Assembly: GCF_000143415.4 (NCBI RefSeq)
Contig: NW_003314290.1
Span: forward strand, 731,111 to 795,110
Length of the DNA: 64,000 bases
Source: Selaginella moellendorffii
Lineage: Eukaryota; Plantae; Lycopodiophyta
Reading direction: 5' to 3'
The translations under genes were made by a program, and so were the position numbers. Shown one piece after another: positions 38,970 through 50,491 of the stretch. The notes beneath the pieces were generated by a model, which was not told the DNA's origin, did not search any database, and was given only the letters and a program-made list of their open reading frames with translations. How positions within the stretch are numbered: position 1 is the first letter of the stretch; the number at the start of each line of letters is the position of its first letter.

Positions 38970-39399
38970 TATATGTCTTTTTCCCTGACCCAGCATCCTT
39001 TCCACAGTGTGACCACTTTGGGAAGTTATGCTCCACTGTGTTTATTGTCTTCATGGTTTTCCTGTTAAAACATTCGATCGACCTACAGGATAAATTTGTC
39101 TCGATCGATCGTGTCAAATTGTCAATTGTCGTGAGGTAACCTCTTGAACTAAATCATCCTGTTCACTTTTTCTGTTGCTCGCAGATTCTCTATAAGCTTT
39201 GCTGCGCCCCACTGTGGTGGAATGACAGCCAGGGAACGCACTGAACCAAAGCTTTGGTACGGTTGCAGTGGTATTTATGATGTCCTGGAGAGTGTTCGCT
39301 CACGATTTTCAGGTGCTTTCAAAGTTCTTGCGCAGCTCTTACGCAGCTCATCAATTCTTTTCACTCACGCTAACACTCGTCTCTGGTCTTACATCCAGG

Positions 39400-40062
39400 A
39401 TGGATTCTTTCAGGATGCATTCGTTGGGAACTCCAGTACTGCTTTCGTTCGCGATCGTGACAGTCGTGTTTCTGTCAGTGGTATCATCCGACCCGGATCC
39501 TCTCCAGGACTTCTGCATCGCGGACCTCACCGCCGGCATCAACATCACCGGCTTTCCTTGCAAGAACCCGGCGCTCGTCACCGTGGACGACTTTGTCTAC
39601 TCCGGCCTGGTGCCGTCGGCCAACATTAGCAGCATCGACCGCGCTGGCGCAATCTTTGGAACAGTCCAGCGCTTCCCGGGCCTCAACACTCTGGGCCTCT
39701 CCGTGGCCAGGCTCGACATCGATGTGGGAGGGATCATCGTCCCTCACGTCCACCCCCGCGCCTCGGAGCTCGTCTACGTAGAGAGGGGCAGTGTCTACGC
39801 GGCGGTGGTGAGCTCCACCGGCAGGCTGTTCGCTAAAGTGATCCGCAGAGGAGAGGTGATGATCGTCCCCAGGGGTCTCCTCCACTGGCAAATGAGCACC
39901 GGGGGATCGCGTGCCAAGCTCATTGTCACGCTCAACTCCCAGTTTCCGGGGATCCAGTTCATCGCGAGGTCCATGTTTGGGCCCCAAGTTCCAGACGAGG
40001 TGCTGCAAAAAACGTTTTTTCTCGACAAGGAAACGATCGCTCGTGTTCGTTCCAAATTCTGA
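39400..40062 (+). CDS. Germin-like protein (cupin)
   Basis: Signal peptide, DPDPLQDFCIAD, GFPCK, FPGLNTLGLS, germin box PHVHPRASE and GLLHWQ. Confidence 0.94.
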   Translation: MDSFRMHSLGTPVLLSFAIVTVVFLSVVSSDPDPLQDFCIADLTAGINITGFPCKNPALVTVDDFVYSGLVPSANISSIDRAGAIFGTVQRFPGLNTLGLSVARLDIDVGGIIVPHVHPRASELVYVERGSVYAAVVSSTGRLFAKVIRRGEVMIVPRGLLHWQMSTGGSRAKLIVTLNSQFPGIQFIARSMFGPQVPDEVLQKTFFLDKETIARVRSKF

Positions 40063-40126
40063 ATTCTTTCCCTTCCTATAACGTACAAATTTATTATTGT
40101 AGTGATTAGTTATGATTTACAGTAAT

Positions 40127-40198
40127 GGAGGTATAGCTCAGCGGTAGAGCAATCGGCTGCAGTCCGATGGGTCGCTAGTTCAATTCTGGCTTCCTCCT
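40127..40198 (+). tRNA. tRNA-Cys (GCA)
   Basis: Cloverleaf: D arm GCTC-AGCGGTA-GAGC, anticodon arm ATCGG-CTGCAGT-CCGAT, T arm GCTAG-TTCAATT-CTGGC, discriminator T; T-run terminator downstream. Confidence 0.9.
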
Positions 40199-40301
40199 CC
40201 TCTCTTTAACGCTTTTCTTTTTAATTAAAAAAATTAAAGTTTGTGAGAAACTTGTAAAGCTTATTTCCAAACTTCGATTTCTAAGATTTTGGACTTTTGG
40301 A

Positions 40302-41325
40302 TCAAACGACTAGTTCATCAAGTTGAACTGGTCCGCCGTTAAATGTGTAGCGAGCGTAGCCAGCATTTTCTTTGCACTCCTCGGACAAGAAAAACTTTGA
40401 GGAGTCTACCCCTGCAATTTGGCGAACGGAAGATCGTAGAACAACGAAGCTTGAGCTTACTTTTGATGACAAAGACTCGAGAGAGGTATTTCTTGTAGAT
40501 GTACATGTAGCTCGCAGCTTCGTCTGATAAATCCGAGATCACAAGCTTGCAACCCTGCTCCGATGGAGATTCTTTGCTACAAAGCTTGAGGTTATAAACT
40601 GGAGAAGAGATTTAAGAGCTATACCTTGCGTGTTCCATTGCGTCCAGGCAAAGTGCGAGGGAGTCGACCATGGCAACTTCCAGAGGCTGTCCATCGCCTC
40701 CATCGTCTTCGTAAATCCTGCGTGAGAGAGAGACAAAGTTTTCGAGCGAGAGGAAGGAATTTCGGCGCAAGCTTACCAGTCCTCGAAGAACTCCGAGAAG
40801 CTGTCGATGATCACTGCTTGCGGCAATGGATTTGCGAGATGGAACGCGGCAAAGTACTTGTCCAGATCTTCGTCGTCGCTCACGTACCTATATACACAGA
40901 TGGAATTTTGGATCGATCGATCGATCGATATAGAGCTCTCACTTGAACGAAATCCTCCGCAAGTGCTGGGTGTCCAAGTCCTGCTTGATAGAATCTCACA
41001 TTCATTCAAAGAGAAGGAAAGCGAGAGAAAGAATGCCATGCCTCTGGTAAAGATGGAGGATCATTCTCCATGCTACTGCGCTTGCAAATGATCACAACGT
41101 TGGACAATCCCTGCTCGGAGACGAGATTGATCGCGAAGTGAAAGAGCAGCGTCGTTTTTCCTCTAGAAAAAAAGAGAGAAAATGAAGGCGATCGCAAGAG
41201 CGACATCTATCTTACGAGCAGGATGGCCCCGTGAGAAGCACCGAATCTACACCATCGCTGGCATTTTTATCCGGAGCGATCGCGCGACCACGATCCAGAA
41301 AGAACTTGTGTAGTAGCGCGCCCAT
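40302..41325 (-). CDS. RecA/RAD51-paralogue-like P-loop protein (SWSAP1-like), multi-exon, one GC-AG intron
   Basis: Walker A VLLTGPSCSGKTTLLFHFAINL split by an intron, Walker B-like AVIIDSFSEFF, and YFAAFHL. The intron at 40981-41041 starts GCATGG. Confidence 0.72.
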
Positions 41326-41401
41326 AAACCCTAAAAGGGTGGAAATAAAATGCTAAAATGCTAAGGGTTTACAGATCCATTTTTTTTTCGCGATTGGATT
41401 C

Positions 41402-41973
41402 ATGGGCGATCTCAGCGCGGCAGAGGTCGCCAAGCACAAATCCGCGACCGACTGCTGGTTCATCATAAATGGCAAGGTAATTAGCTGCTAATCACCCAAG
41501 AAGAAAAGAGTGCTGAGCTTAGCTATGGCGTCCATAGGTGTATGACGTGACGAATTTCCTGGTGGATCATCCCGGAGGCGAGGATGCCTTGCTGGCCGTC
41601 GCAGGTAACCGCGGATTTCTCCACAAAATCTCCCAAATTCGATCGATGTTTCATCTCCTTCCTCACAGGCAAAGACGCGAGTCAGGATTTCGAGGAGGTC
41701 GGGCACAGCGACAGTGCCAAGGAGCAAATGGAGCAATTCCTGGTGGGATTCGTGGAGGGCTACGCCGGCGACAAGGATTCCATGCCCGCGAAGCGATCCG
41801 CGGTGGAGGAGGAGGAGGAAGAGGAGGAGCCCGTGATGCGCCCTCTCGCGATTGATCCGGCGGATCGGCCGAGCGTGTTCCTAAAGTACGTGGTGCCGCT
41901 GCTGCTGCTGTGCTTGGCATTCGCGCTCCAGTTCTTCGGCAAGAAGAAGAACCCCGAGGACCCAAGCTCGTGA
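41402..41973 (+). CDS. Cytochrome b5, tail-anchored, 3 exons
   Basis: DCWFIINGK|VYDVTNFLVDHPGGED...GKDASQDFEEVGHS and a C-terminal transmembrane segment. Confidence 0.95.
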
Positions 41974-43076
41974 AGGGGCGAATATTTCCTCGCAAACGAA
42001 TATACGAATTCATTAGTGTTAACCTGCATGGTTCTGTTAGCAAGAAATAATACGATTATCAGAGTCGATCCTGCGACCTGTTGGAAATTAGCCTACGACG
42101 CTAACGCTGCGCCACTTCACATGAGTCAAACCCGGGTCAAAGTTCTCATTGGCGCGAAAAAGTGTACGGACGCATGGCTTGATTATCCCTAAGAAAATTC
42201 CAGAGTAGTACCTTCTTGATAAATAGATAGACAGATAGATAGATAGCGAGTATATAGGTATGAGCTTAGGCTAGCCTTTTTTTTTTTCGTTGCTACCACC
42301 AAGACACAAAAGCAATCCTTCCCCACGGCATTTTGCTTGCTTGCTCGTTCCAGAGGAACAAAAGCAACGAACACAAATCATTGTTCCCGCCCCCTTGATG
42401 CTCGGCAAGGCGGGGGGAAAATTTCCGCCGTCCGTACGTTGTTCTAGGGCACGGAAAAGGAAAAAACGCGGCCATGTCATGCGTTCGAATCGCTCCACCC
42501 GCAACGCGCACTTGCCCGCCCCCAGATGCCGCCCGGTATCATATCATATCCCCACATTCATGGGGAGAAAAACCACACACGCAGAGGCGAGAGCCCTAAA
42601 ATTCTCCATGTGTTTGAAGACGTGTGGCCTGCGCCACGGGCGAGTTGCTGTCCAATCCCCGCGCGCCGCAGATGCCTTCAGCGGGCATTTGCTGCATACA
42701 GTGCAATGAATCAGTCCTTTGGTTTGCAGTACCGAAAAAATGCCCGTCCATCGCCAGTCTTTGGTTTGGCTTGGCTTGCTTCTTCTTGCTTTGTGCTGTG
42801 TTGGTCATGGTTTTTAATTTTATTTTATTTTTTTTAGCGTGGCTTGTTTGTTCTTTTGCTGTCCCGCGTTGCTATATAGCGTGGCCAGCGCCACGCACTT
42901 GTTCTCTCCAACAGAGAGCTCCAAGCGATCTTTTCTAGCGTCGAGAGGATTTTCGCGACATCGATACGAGCGAGCCACTCCTTTTTTGCGAGGATATCTC
43001 CCGCGAGAGAGAGGGGAGAGGGAATCGTGGTGGAGTAATCTTTGGATTGTTTCTTTCTTGGAAGGGAGAGGGAGAG

Positions 43077-44588
43077 ATGGAGCTGCGCGTGAGGAAGTAT
43101 GATCCTTCGGGCGACGCGAGGCGAGTGGAGGAGCTAGAGCGGCTGTGCGACGCCGGGCCGAGCGGCTCCATGTCGCTCTTCGCGGATTCCATGGGCGATC
43201 CGCTGGGGAGGGTGCGGCATTTCGCGCTCTACACAATGCTGGTAGGGAATCCCTCCTCCAATTCCAATTCCCTCCTCCTCGCCCGATCGATCGATCGGGC
43301 TTCCATTCCCTTTTTCTCGGCCGCCATGGATGGTTTCTTGATGTTCTTGATTTCCAGGTCGCCGAGATTGGCGAGGAGATTGTGGGAGTGATCCGGGCGG
43401 GGATCAAAGAGATGGTGTGCGGCAGGAAGCGGCTGAGCGATGGCAGCGGCAAGGAATCGGCCGTTCGCGCTCGCTGCGCCTACATTCTCGGCCTCCGGGT
43501 GTCGCCGCTCCACAGGTATCGATCGATCGAGAGAAATTCCCCTCCATCGCTTCCTCTCCCTTGTTCGTGATTGTCCCTTGACAAGACGAGATTCTTCTCT
43601 CGCTTCCTTGTTTCTTGGCGATTTTCTCTGACGATGACTGATCGCTGGTTACAGGAGGAAAGGGATCGGCCTGGCGCTGGCGAGGAGGATCGAGCAGTGG
43701 TGCCGCGACAAGGGTGCCGCCTACGCCTACATGATGACCGAGAAGAGCAACGTCGCGTCGTCGGGGCTGTTCGTGGGCAAGCTCCAATTCCGCCCGGTGC
43801 GCAGCCCCAGCATCCTCGTCCACCCCGTGTTCCAGCACTGGGAATCGATTCCCTCCCACATCCGCCTCACGCGCCTGGCACCCGCCGACGCCGCCGAGAT
43901 CTACCGCTGCTACAGCGGCGCCACCGATTTCTTCCCCGCCGCGGACATCGATTCCATCGTGGGCAACGCCCGCTGCTGCGCGGGGACCTGGCTCGCCACG
44001 CTCAAGGCCGAATCAACGCCGAGCTCGGGCATGGCGGCGCCGCTGGACCGCCGCCACCCCCGCCGCCAAGTCTCCGTGAAGAAGCTGCTCGAGGGGGTGT
44101 TTAGCTCGTGGGCGGTGGTGAGCGTGTGGAAGACGAACGAGATCTTCACGCTGGAGGTGAGCGGCGCGCCGTGGCGGATCCGCGCGGCGGCGGCGGCGTC
44201 GCGGGCGCTGGATCGCGCGCTGCCGTGGCTGCGAATCTCCTCCTTCCCGGACGTATTCCAGCCGTTTGGGATCCACTTCCTCTTCGGGATCGCGGGCGGC
44301 GGCGCGCGATCGGGCGAGCTGGTGGCGGCGCTGTGCAAGAACGCGAGGAATGTGGCGCGGCGGAATGGCTGCGCGGTGGTGGCGGCGGAGATGGGGGCGG
44401 CGGACCCTCTGCTCGGATCGGTGCCGCATTGGAAGAGCTTGTCCACCATGGACGATCTGTGGTGTGTCAAGGACTTGGTGGGGATCAAGAACACCGGCGC
44501 CACCGTCACTGCCACGCCCGATTCGGGCGAGAATTGGATGGATTTGCCCATGGGCTCCTCTGTTTTCGTGGATCCCAGGGACTTCTAA
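43077..44588 (+). CDS. HOOKLESS1-like GNAT N-acetyltransferase, 3 exons
   Basis: VEELERLCDAGPSG..MGDPLGRVRH, AYILGLRVSPLHRRKGIG, AYAYMMTEKSNVAS and the C-terminal VFVDPRDF typical of the HLS1 family. Confidence 0.92.
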
Positions 44589-45687
44589 GGCCTATAGCAA
44601 GTGCTGACAAACTCCAGGATCACCATCACTCTCTCACTCACGCGCAATCGATCCACACGAACGCGGTTTTGGCGGAACGACTTTGTCTGATGGATCGATC
44701 TCACTGCCTGCGATCGCGGGCACTACAATTCTTTCTCGTTGGCCCGTTCCGCTCGATCGCAAGAGATTCGTGGAAGATCTATAGCTCCAGACCAATCAAC
44801 GCGAATCCGCTACGTATGATTCAAGCATTTCACTCTGCCAGGAAAGGAAGAACACCAAAAGTGTGACGAGCGAAAAACAAAGCAAAAGCTGTTGGTTTGG
44901 TGGTTGTTTTATTCGCATGATTAGTAAAAGTTGACGGTGTGGTGGTACTGTGATGAGGAAATATAGATATTGTAGCCTATAGCATTCATAAAAAGTTGGC
45001 ATCCCATTGGTGTGTCTCTGAGATATGCAAAGTTTGGCTCCTTCTCTGCAAATTTTTATTCGATTTTCCTGTTATTTGTTTATTTTGGCCCAGCCAGCCT
45101 CTGTTGTATAGGTAGATTGACAGACAGAGACTGGGGAGCTCCAAAAAATACACACACAAACACACACAACACTGTTGTGTTTCCTCTCTTTTTGTGTTAT
45201 GTGTGTGTTTTTGTCCTTGGGGGGCGAATTCTTTGTTTCTTCTTTGGATTTGAGTAGAGGGCAATGGCAGTGGCTCTTTTGTTGCTGTTGCTGGGCTTGT
45301 CGGTGTATGGCTCGACTGGACCCGTGCTGCTCGGCATAAGATCGACAGACACTCCACCGCGATTTACAAGACTTTAAAAACCGGGCATTGTGTTTCTTAT
45401 GCTAAGTTGATGGTGTGTGTCCGCGGCCAAGCCTCTTTGGATCCTGCATTGTCTAAATAGACAATGCTTGGTTGCGCGATGAATCAATCCCACTTGTAGT
45501 AGAGCTATTGTATAAAACATAGGGGGACTGTACGGAGGGTGGGGCGTGCACGCCACCAAAGTTTGGCTTCCAAACATTGTTCTTGAAGAAGAGCATATCA
45601 TGATCGATGACCCGGAAAGATTTTTTTCTTTCTTCTTTTATCTCTTTGTTTGTTCTATGTCTGTTCTTGTCCTTGGAAGAGAACTTT

Positions 45688-45865
45688 GGCGGGGATGCTG
45701 TACTTCCGCGGCAAAGTGATTCCGTACGTGCGAATCTATCTATCCTTTTGCTGGTAGATTCTCTGCATGCCGACGGCCGACCCCACTCGCTATGCCCATG
45801 CCCAAGTCGGGCATATCGTAATTGAGACTCGCATGCACGGGGTTATTCCAGTGTAGATTCCCGCC
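45688..45865 (+). ncRNA. Candidate pre-miRNA hairpin
   Basis: 45715-45737 pairs with 45825-45847 (2 mismatches, several G:U pairs), and a lower stem 45688-45704 pairs with 45850-45865. It lies in a gene-free, microsatellite-rich 3-kb interval. Confidence 0.6.
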
Positions 45866-48110
45866 CCAGCTCGCGCTCGCCGGGGAATCTTCTTTCTCTT
45901 TCTCCGCTCGTCTCGTCTTGGTCGTCTATGTGTTCCTTGGCTGGCTGGCATTGATTGATTGATTGATTGGAATGGGCAATGCAAATGGATGGATCAAGGA
46001 GCGATCATGGTTTTGTTGTGGAAAGGTGGCGTGGGAGCCTCGCCAATCGCCGTAACCACAAAAGCATGGAAAGCACAAAGGGGATGGGAATTGAAAGCAA
46101 GCGAGAAAGAAAGCAATCCAAGCAATCCAAGCAATAAGCAAGCATGCACAACGCGAGATGCGCACGTTACACAATGGTATTATAAAGGCCAGAGCACGAG
46201 CAAGCTAGCTGGAGGAGGACTGGATCATAGACAAAGAATCAAAACAATAAAAACAGTCGGCTCGGTTCTAGCTTTACTAGCAGCCATTCTCCAATTCTCT
46301 CAACATCGCTTTGTGTCATTGATGCAATCGATCCCTCGCAACCGGACAGCGATCGAGTATGAAAATGGCGGTGTTGAGGAAGAACTAATATGAAAAGTTT
46401 TACGAAACTTCTCCCGCGCAGATCAGGACAAATTGGAACTCAATAAGATAGAGCGGGTGTAACATGATGTGTCGACCGATGGGGATGGATTGAGTTGGAT
46501 TGGATCAAACAGCTAAACCGCGCTCAAGGAGAAAAAGAAATGGATCTCAGGCCTGGAAGGAACATGATGTGTCCGTGGATGGTTCCACACAGAGCTTTCC
46601 CATAAACACAAAGCTCGCCACCAGTCCATCACCACTTGTTTGTTACCCATATGTGCAGCAGTGACACTAAACCTTTGGCGGCGTTTAATAGCTCTTTCTC
46701 TTTCGATCGATCGTTCTCTCTTTCTCTTTCTCTCTCTCTCTCTTTCTCCCTGCAAAAAGAGGAAGTGGAAGCTCTGGATTAAGTACTCCTCCGGATAGTT
46801 TTTAATGAGAGGTGGAAGAAAAGTATGAGGGAAATCAGAGAAAGGGAGGAAGGATTGGAGTGGCAGGGTTGTTGCTGTTGATGGTTGAATTGAAGGCGAG
46901 CGCGGAAAAAATCGGCTCCGATGGCCCGAGATGGATGGATTTTGATTGATGGAAATTGACTTGCTCGCTCTCTCTCTCTCTCTCGGCGAGACGAAAGAGG
47001 GTAAAGTTTTCCGGATGGAAGAGAGATAGCAAACGGTTGAAGCTAGCTTTGACGCGGGTCGCTTTCCCGCAATTTGGCTCTCTCTCAACTCGTGAAAATC
47101 TCTCTGGCAATTCCCCCAGCCTGCGCTGCGAGTAAAGAGAGATTTGTAAGCTTTGCCTGATGTTTGCTACCCTACCGCGCACAGAGATTGCGCAATTTCT
47201 CTGTGCTTTGTAAAACCATCGCCACAGATGTGGCTTTCAATCTCCACACATTGCCATCACTCGCTCCCACCACACAAAGTCACACGCACGCACACACACA
47301 CACACACACTTAGTTCGCGTTTGATTTCATTTGGTTTCCTCTCTTTTTGGTAAAAAAAAAAGGAGAATGAGATCAACCCAAGTGTCACCATTGCCACCGG
47401 AAACTTTATGCGAGCAGAAGCTCGCAGAGCGACAATAAAAAACAGAGGAAGCACTGCTCCCTTTTTCAGCTGCCTGTAAAATTTTTTTGGCTTGTTCCAC
47501 TTCCCCTGCATTCGCGGTACTGCAGCTTCAAAATTTTAAATTCAATTTTTTTCAAAAGCCAAAAAGCGTACATAGTAGACGTACCTTCAAATTGGCGACA
47601 GCCACGTCACCGTACCGCACGGCTTGGATAATGATTACGACGCGCTGCACGCTATCATTGTGTTTTGGTTGGCGCCGTTACAGTTCTGTACCGCCCAAAT
47701 GGAGAATTAGAATATTCGCCATCATATCACTTAATTAATTCTGTTTTTAAAGTAGCAAAACGGAATTAATGAGATAACCGAGTTAACCTTTTTTTGTTGT
47801 AGTTTAATTGTACCACACTGTAAGTATGGAATTCATTCAACTCAATGAAGGGCAGCCAAAAAGACTGCCCACAATCTTTCAGCCACCTAACGCATCCAAA
47901 CAAAATAAATGGCCAGAAAAGGGAAGATCTTACTGCCGATCATGCATCAATCATCCGGGGCGAGATTGATGAACTAGAGGCCAGGCGAAAGCGCTGTTAT
48001 GTTATCAATCCCTCCTTGTCTCGACAATTGCTCAAAGGATGCGCGGGGCTTGGTCCTGACAGAGAAGGATTGTTGCTGTTAGCGAATGACTGACGTTTCC
48101 AGTGACCCCC

Positions 48111-50355
48111 TCACGCTATGTAGCTTGGGACGACCCGAGAGTGGGGGGGATAGGCTTTGGCTTTACCTTGTTGGATGCAAAGCTCCAGCTCCTCTATCGT
48201 TTTCGGAATGGACGCTGAAAGAACCTGGGAGGACAGCGACTTAAAGTTAGCTTGGATCCACAAGCGAGAAACATATTATCACCTCGTAACCACTGTCGGT
48301 GATAAGAACCTCATCCTCAATACGTATGCCAATGCCACGGTACCTGGATTAGCTCGGCTTGCTCAATCGGCTCATGGGAATACATCAAATTTTGCTGACC
48401 TGTCTGGGACATCGGCGTCCTTTGGAAAGTAGAGGCCCGGTTCTATTGCTAAAACCTGACAGGAACGTATCATATAAGCACAAAACGAAAGATCAACAGA
48501 ATGTGTACGTACGTACCATACCAGGGCGGAGGGATTCTCCCCGTGACACTCCACCAGAATCATGGACATCCATCCCGAGATAGTGTCCTTCAAGCCAAGC
48601 AAAACACGTAAGTCACTCGAACAAGAAAACTGCAGTCGCGTACCGATAGCTGTCGGATTAAATTTTCCAACGTCTGGTGGGGAATGTCCTTGTCCTTTGA
48701 TACCAAGACCGATCAGAGCCTTCGACAACAGCTGCATCTGTAAGGCAGCTGTACCTTCAGAACCGTATCACAACTCGTTTTTGTAACAGCTGCTTACAGA
48801 GTGCGAGTGGATTTGTAGTAGATTCGCACCAGGATGGCACAACTTGAAGCACTCATTCATTGTTGATAGAACAATCTCATAAATTTCCCTCTGCAATAAA
48901 ATAATCTTGCTCAAGGACGAGTTGAAAACGAAGCAAGCACAGACCTGGGCCGGGCTAAAGGACCCGCAAGGTGGCCAAGTCCGTGTGATATCACTGACGT
49001 ATCCGTGAAGCTCGCAGCCAGCATCCATAAGGACCAAGTCTCCTTCCCGAATCTAAGCAACAAAAAAGAAAAGTCGGCCTCCAAACTTTGGAGCAAGAAA
49101 TCTCACTCGTTGGTCGTTCCTAGAGTAATGTATTACGCTAGCATTTGCTCCACTTCCTACAACAGGAGGAAACCTGCAAGTATGAAACATAGCAACATAT
49201 GAAACGGCAGGAAGAAACTAGTAGCGAACGGAAAAAGCAAGCACTTAAAAGATCAAAGAGTTCCAGGTTTACGTTAGCAATATAGTCCTTACGCCATGCG
49301 CTGGGCTCCTCTGATTTTTGATTCGTACTCTATGGTAGCAGCCAGCAAATGTTCGTGCGGCCAGTGCTTTGACGTCTTTATAGTTTGTATGAATGCCTGC
49401 AAGATTGCAGCCAGTTAGGCAATCCATGTGCATTGACAACAAGCGCACGCGTACCTGTGAACTAATATCCGCTACCCGCTTCATCAAGCTGATCTCTGCG
49501 GGCGATTTAACAACTCTGATTTGGCTAGAATGTGGAGACAGGCTCCTCAACTTGTTCTGTTCGAAGGCCTCTTGAATTTTCGAAACCTTCCGGAACGTAG
49601 GACTCAGTATGTTCTCGTTACAATATACACCGCTGGCATACTTGACCATCTCACCAAAATACTATAAAGTGAAGAAAGTTAGCAACGAAAAAGCGCGAAC
49701 AAACATAACGAACCTTTGGAATTTCGGCTATTGTATACGTCTCATTGGCGTGAAAAACAGACAGTGCAGCTTCTTTGTCCGCTAGAGTTCCATCCCACAC
49801 AGACCGCTGTAATTGTTTTTTTCTGATCATGTTTTTTTCCGGTAAAAAAAAAATATCATAGCCTTACCTCGGGATCTGGATCAGAGACGAGCATACAAAG
49901 ATCGCCATTGGCTTTGATCACCGCTATTCCACCAGGCTGTTGGCAGCCAGTATAGTAAAGATAATCCGAGTCTGGCCGATAAGGATAAGGAATGATATCA
50001 CTCATCGTCTTGATCGGCGCAGAGCTTATCGCTACCAAGCTGTTCCTGGGAAGAATCGACATCAAGCTCTTCCGTCTTTGCTGGAACTCGGCGGCCGAAA
50101 TCCCGGGCATAATCTCCCCTGCCTCAAGAAGCTGACAAACAAGAGATCAAAAACAGAGACGATCGCTCATCCAAAATCTCACCTCCGGATGCGTTTCGGG
50201 CGTCGGCTGCCCCGCATTGATCGCCGCAGTGGAGATCGGCCTTGAAATGCGTGTCTTCCACAGCACAAGGACACATTACGCGCGCTGGACGATCGCATTT
50301 CTCTCACCTGGAGCGCTCGTCGGATCGGCGCCATCAGGGAGCGCCTCGTCGCCAT
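48111..50355 (-). CDS. ICP55: Xaa-Pro aminopeptidase / mitochondrial intermediate cleaving peptidase 55, multi-exon
   Basis: Transit peptide, QPTPETHP, PGISAAEFQQRRK, YPYRPDSDYLYYTGC, VLMDAGCELHGYVSDITRTWP, LAIEPGLY and GIGIRIEDEVLIT. Confidence 0.9.
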
Positions 50356-50491
50356 AGCCGCCAAGCATAAAACCCTAAAGCCCTTGACTCCAACAAAACC
50401 TTGGCTTTATTAAATTTGTTTTAGCTCGTGACCGTTATTTTAAAATGGACCCTTTGGAAAGCTTTGGATCAAAAGCTCTTGCACAGCGATT

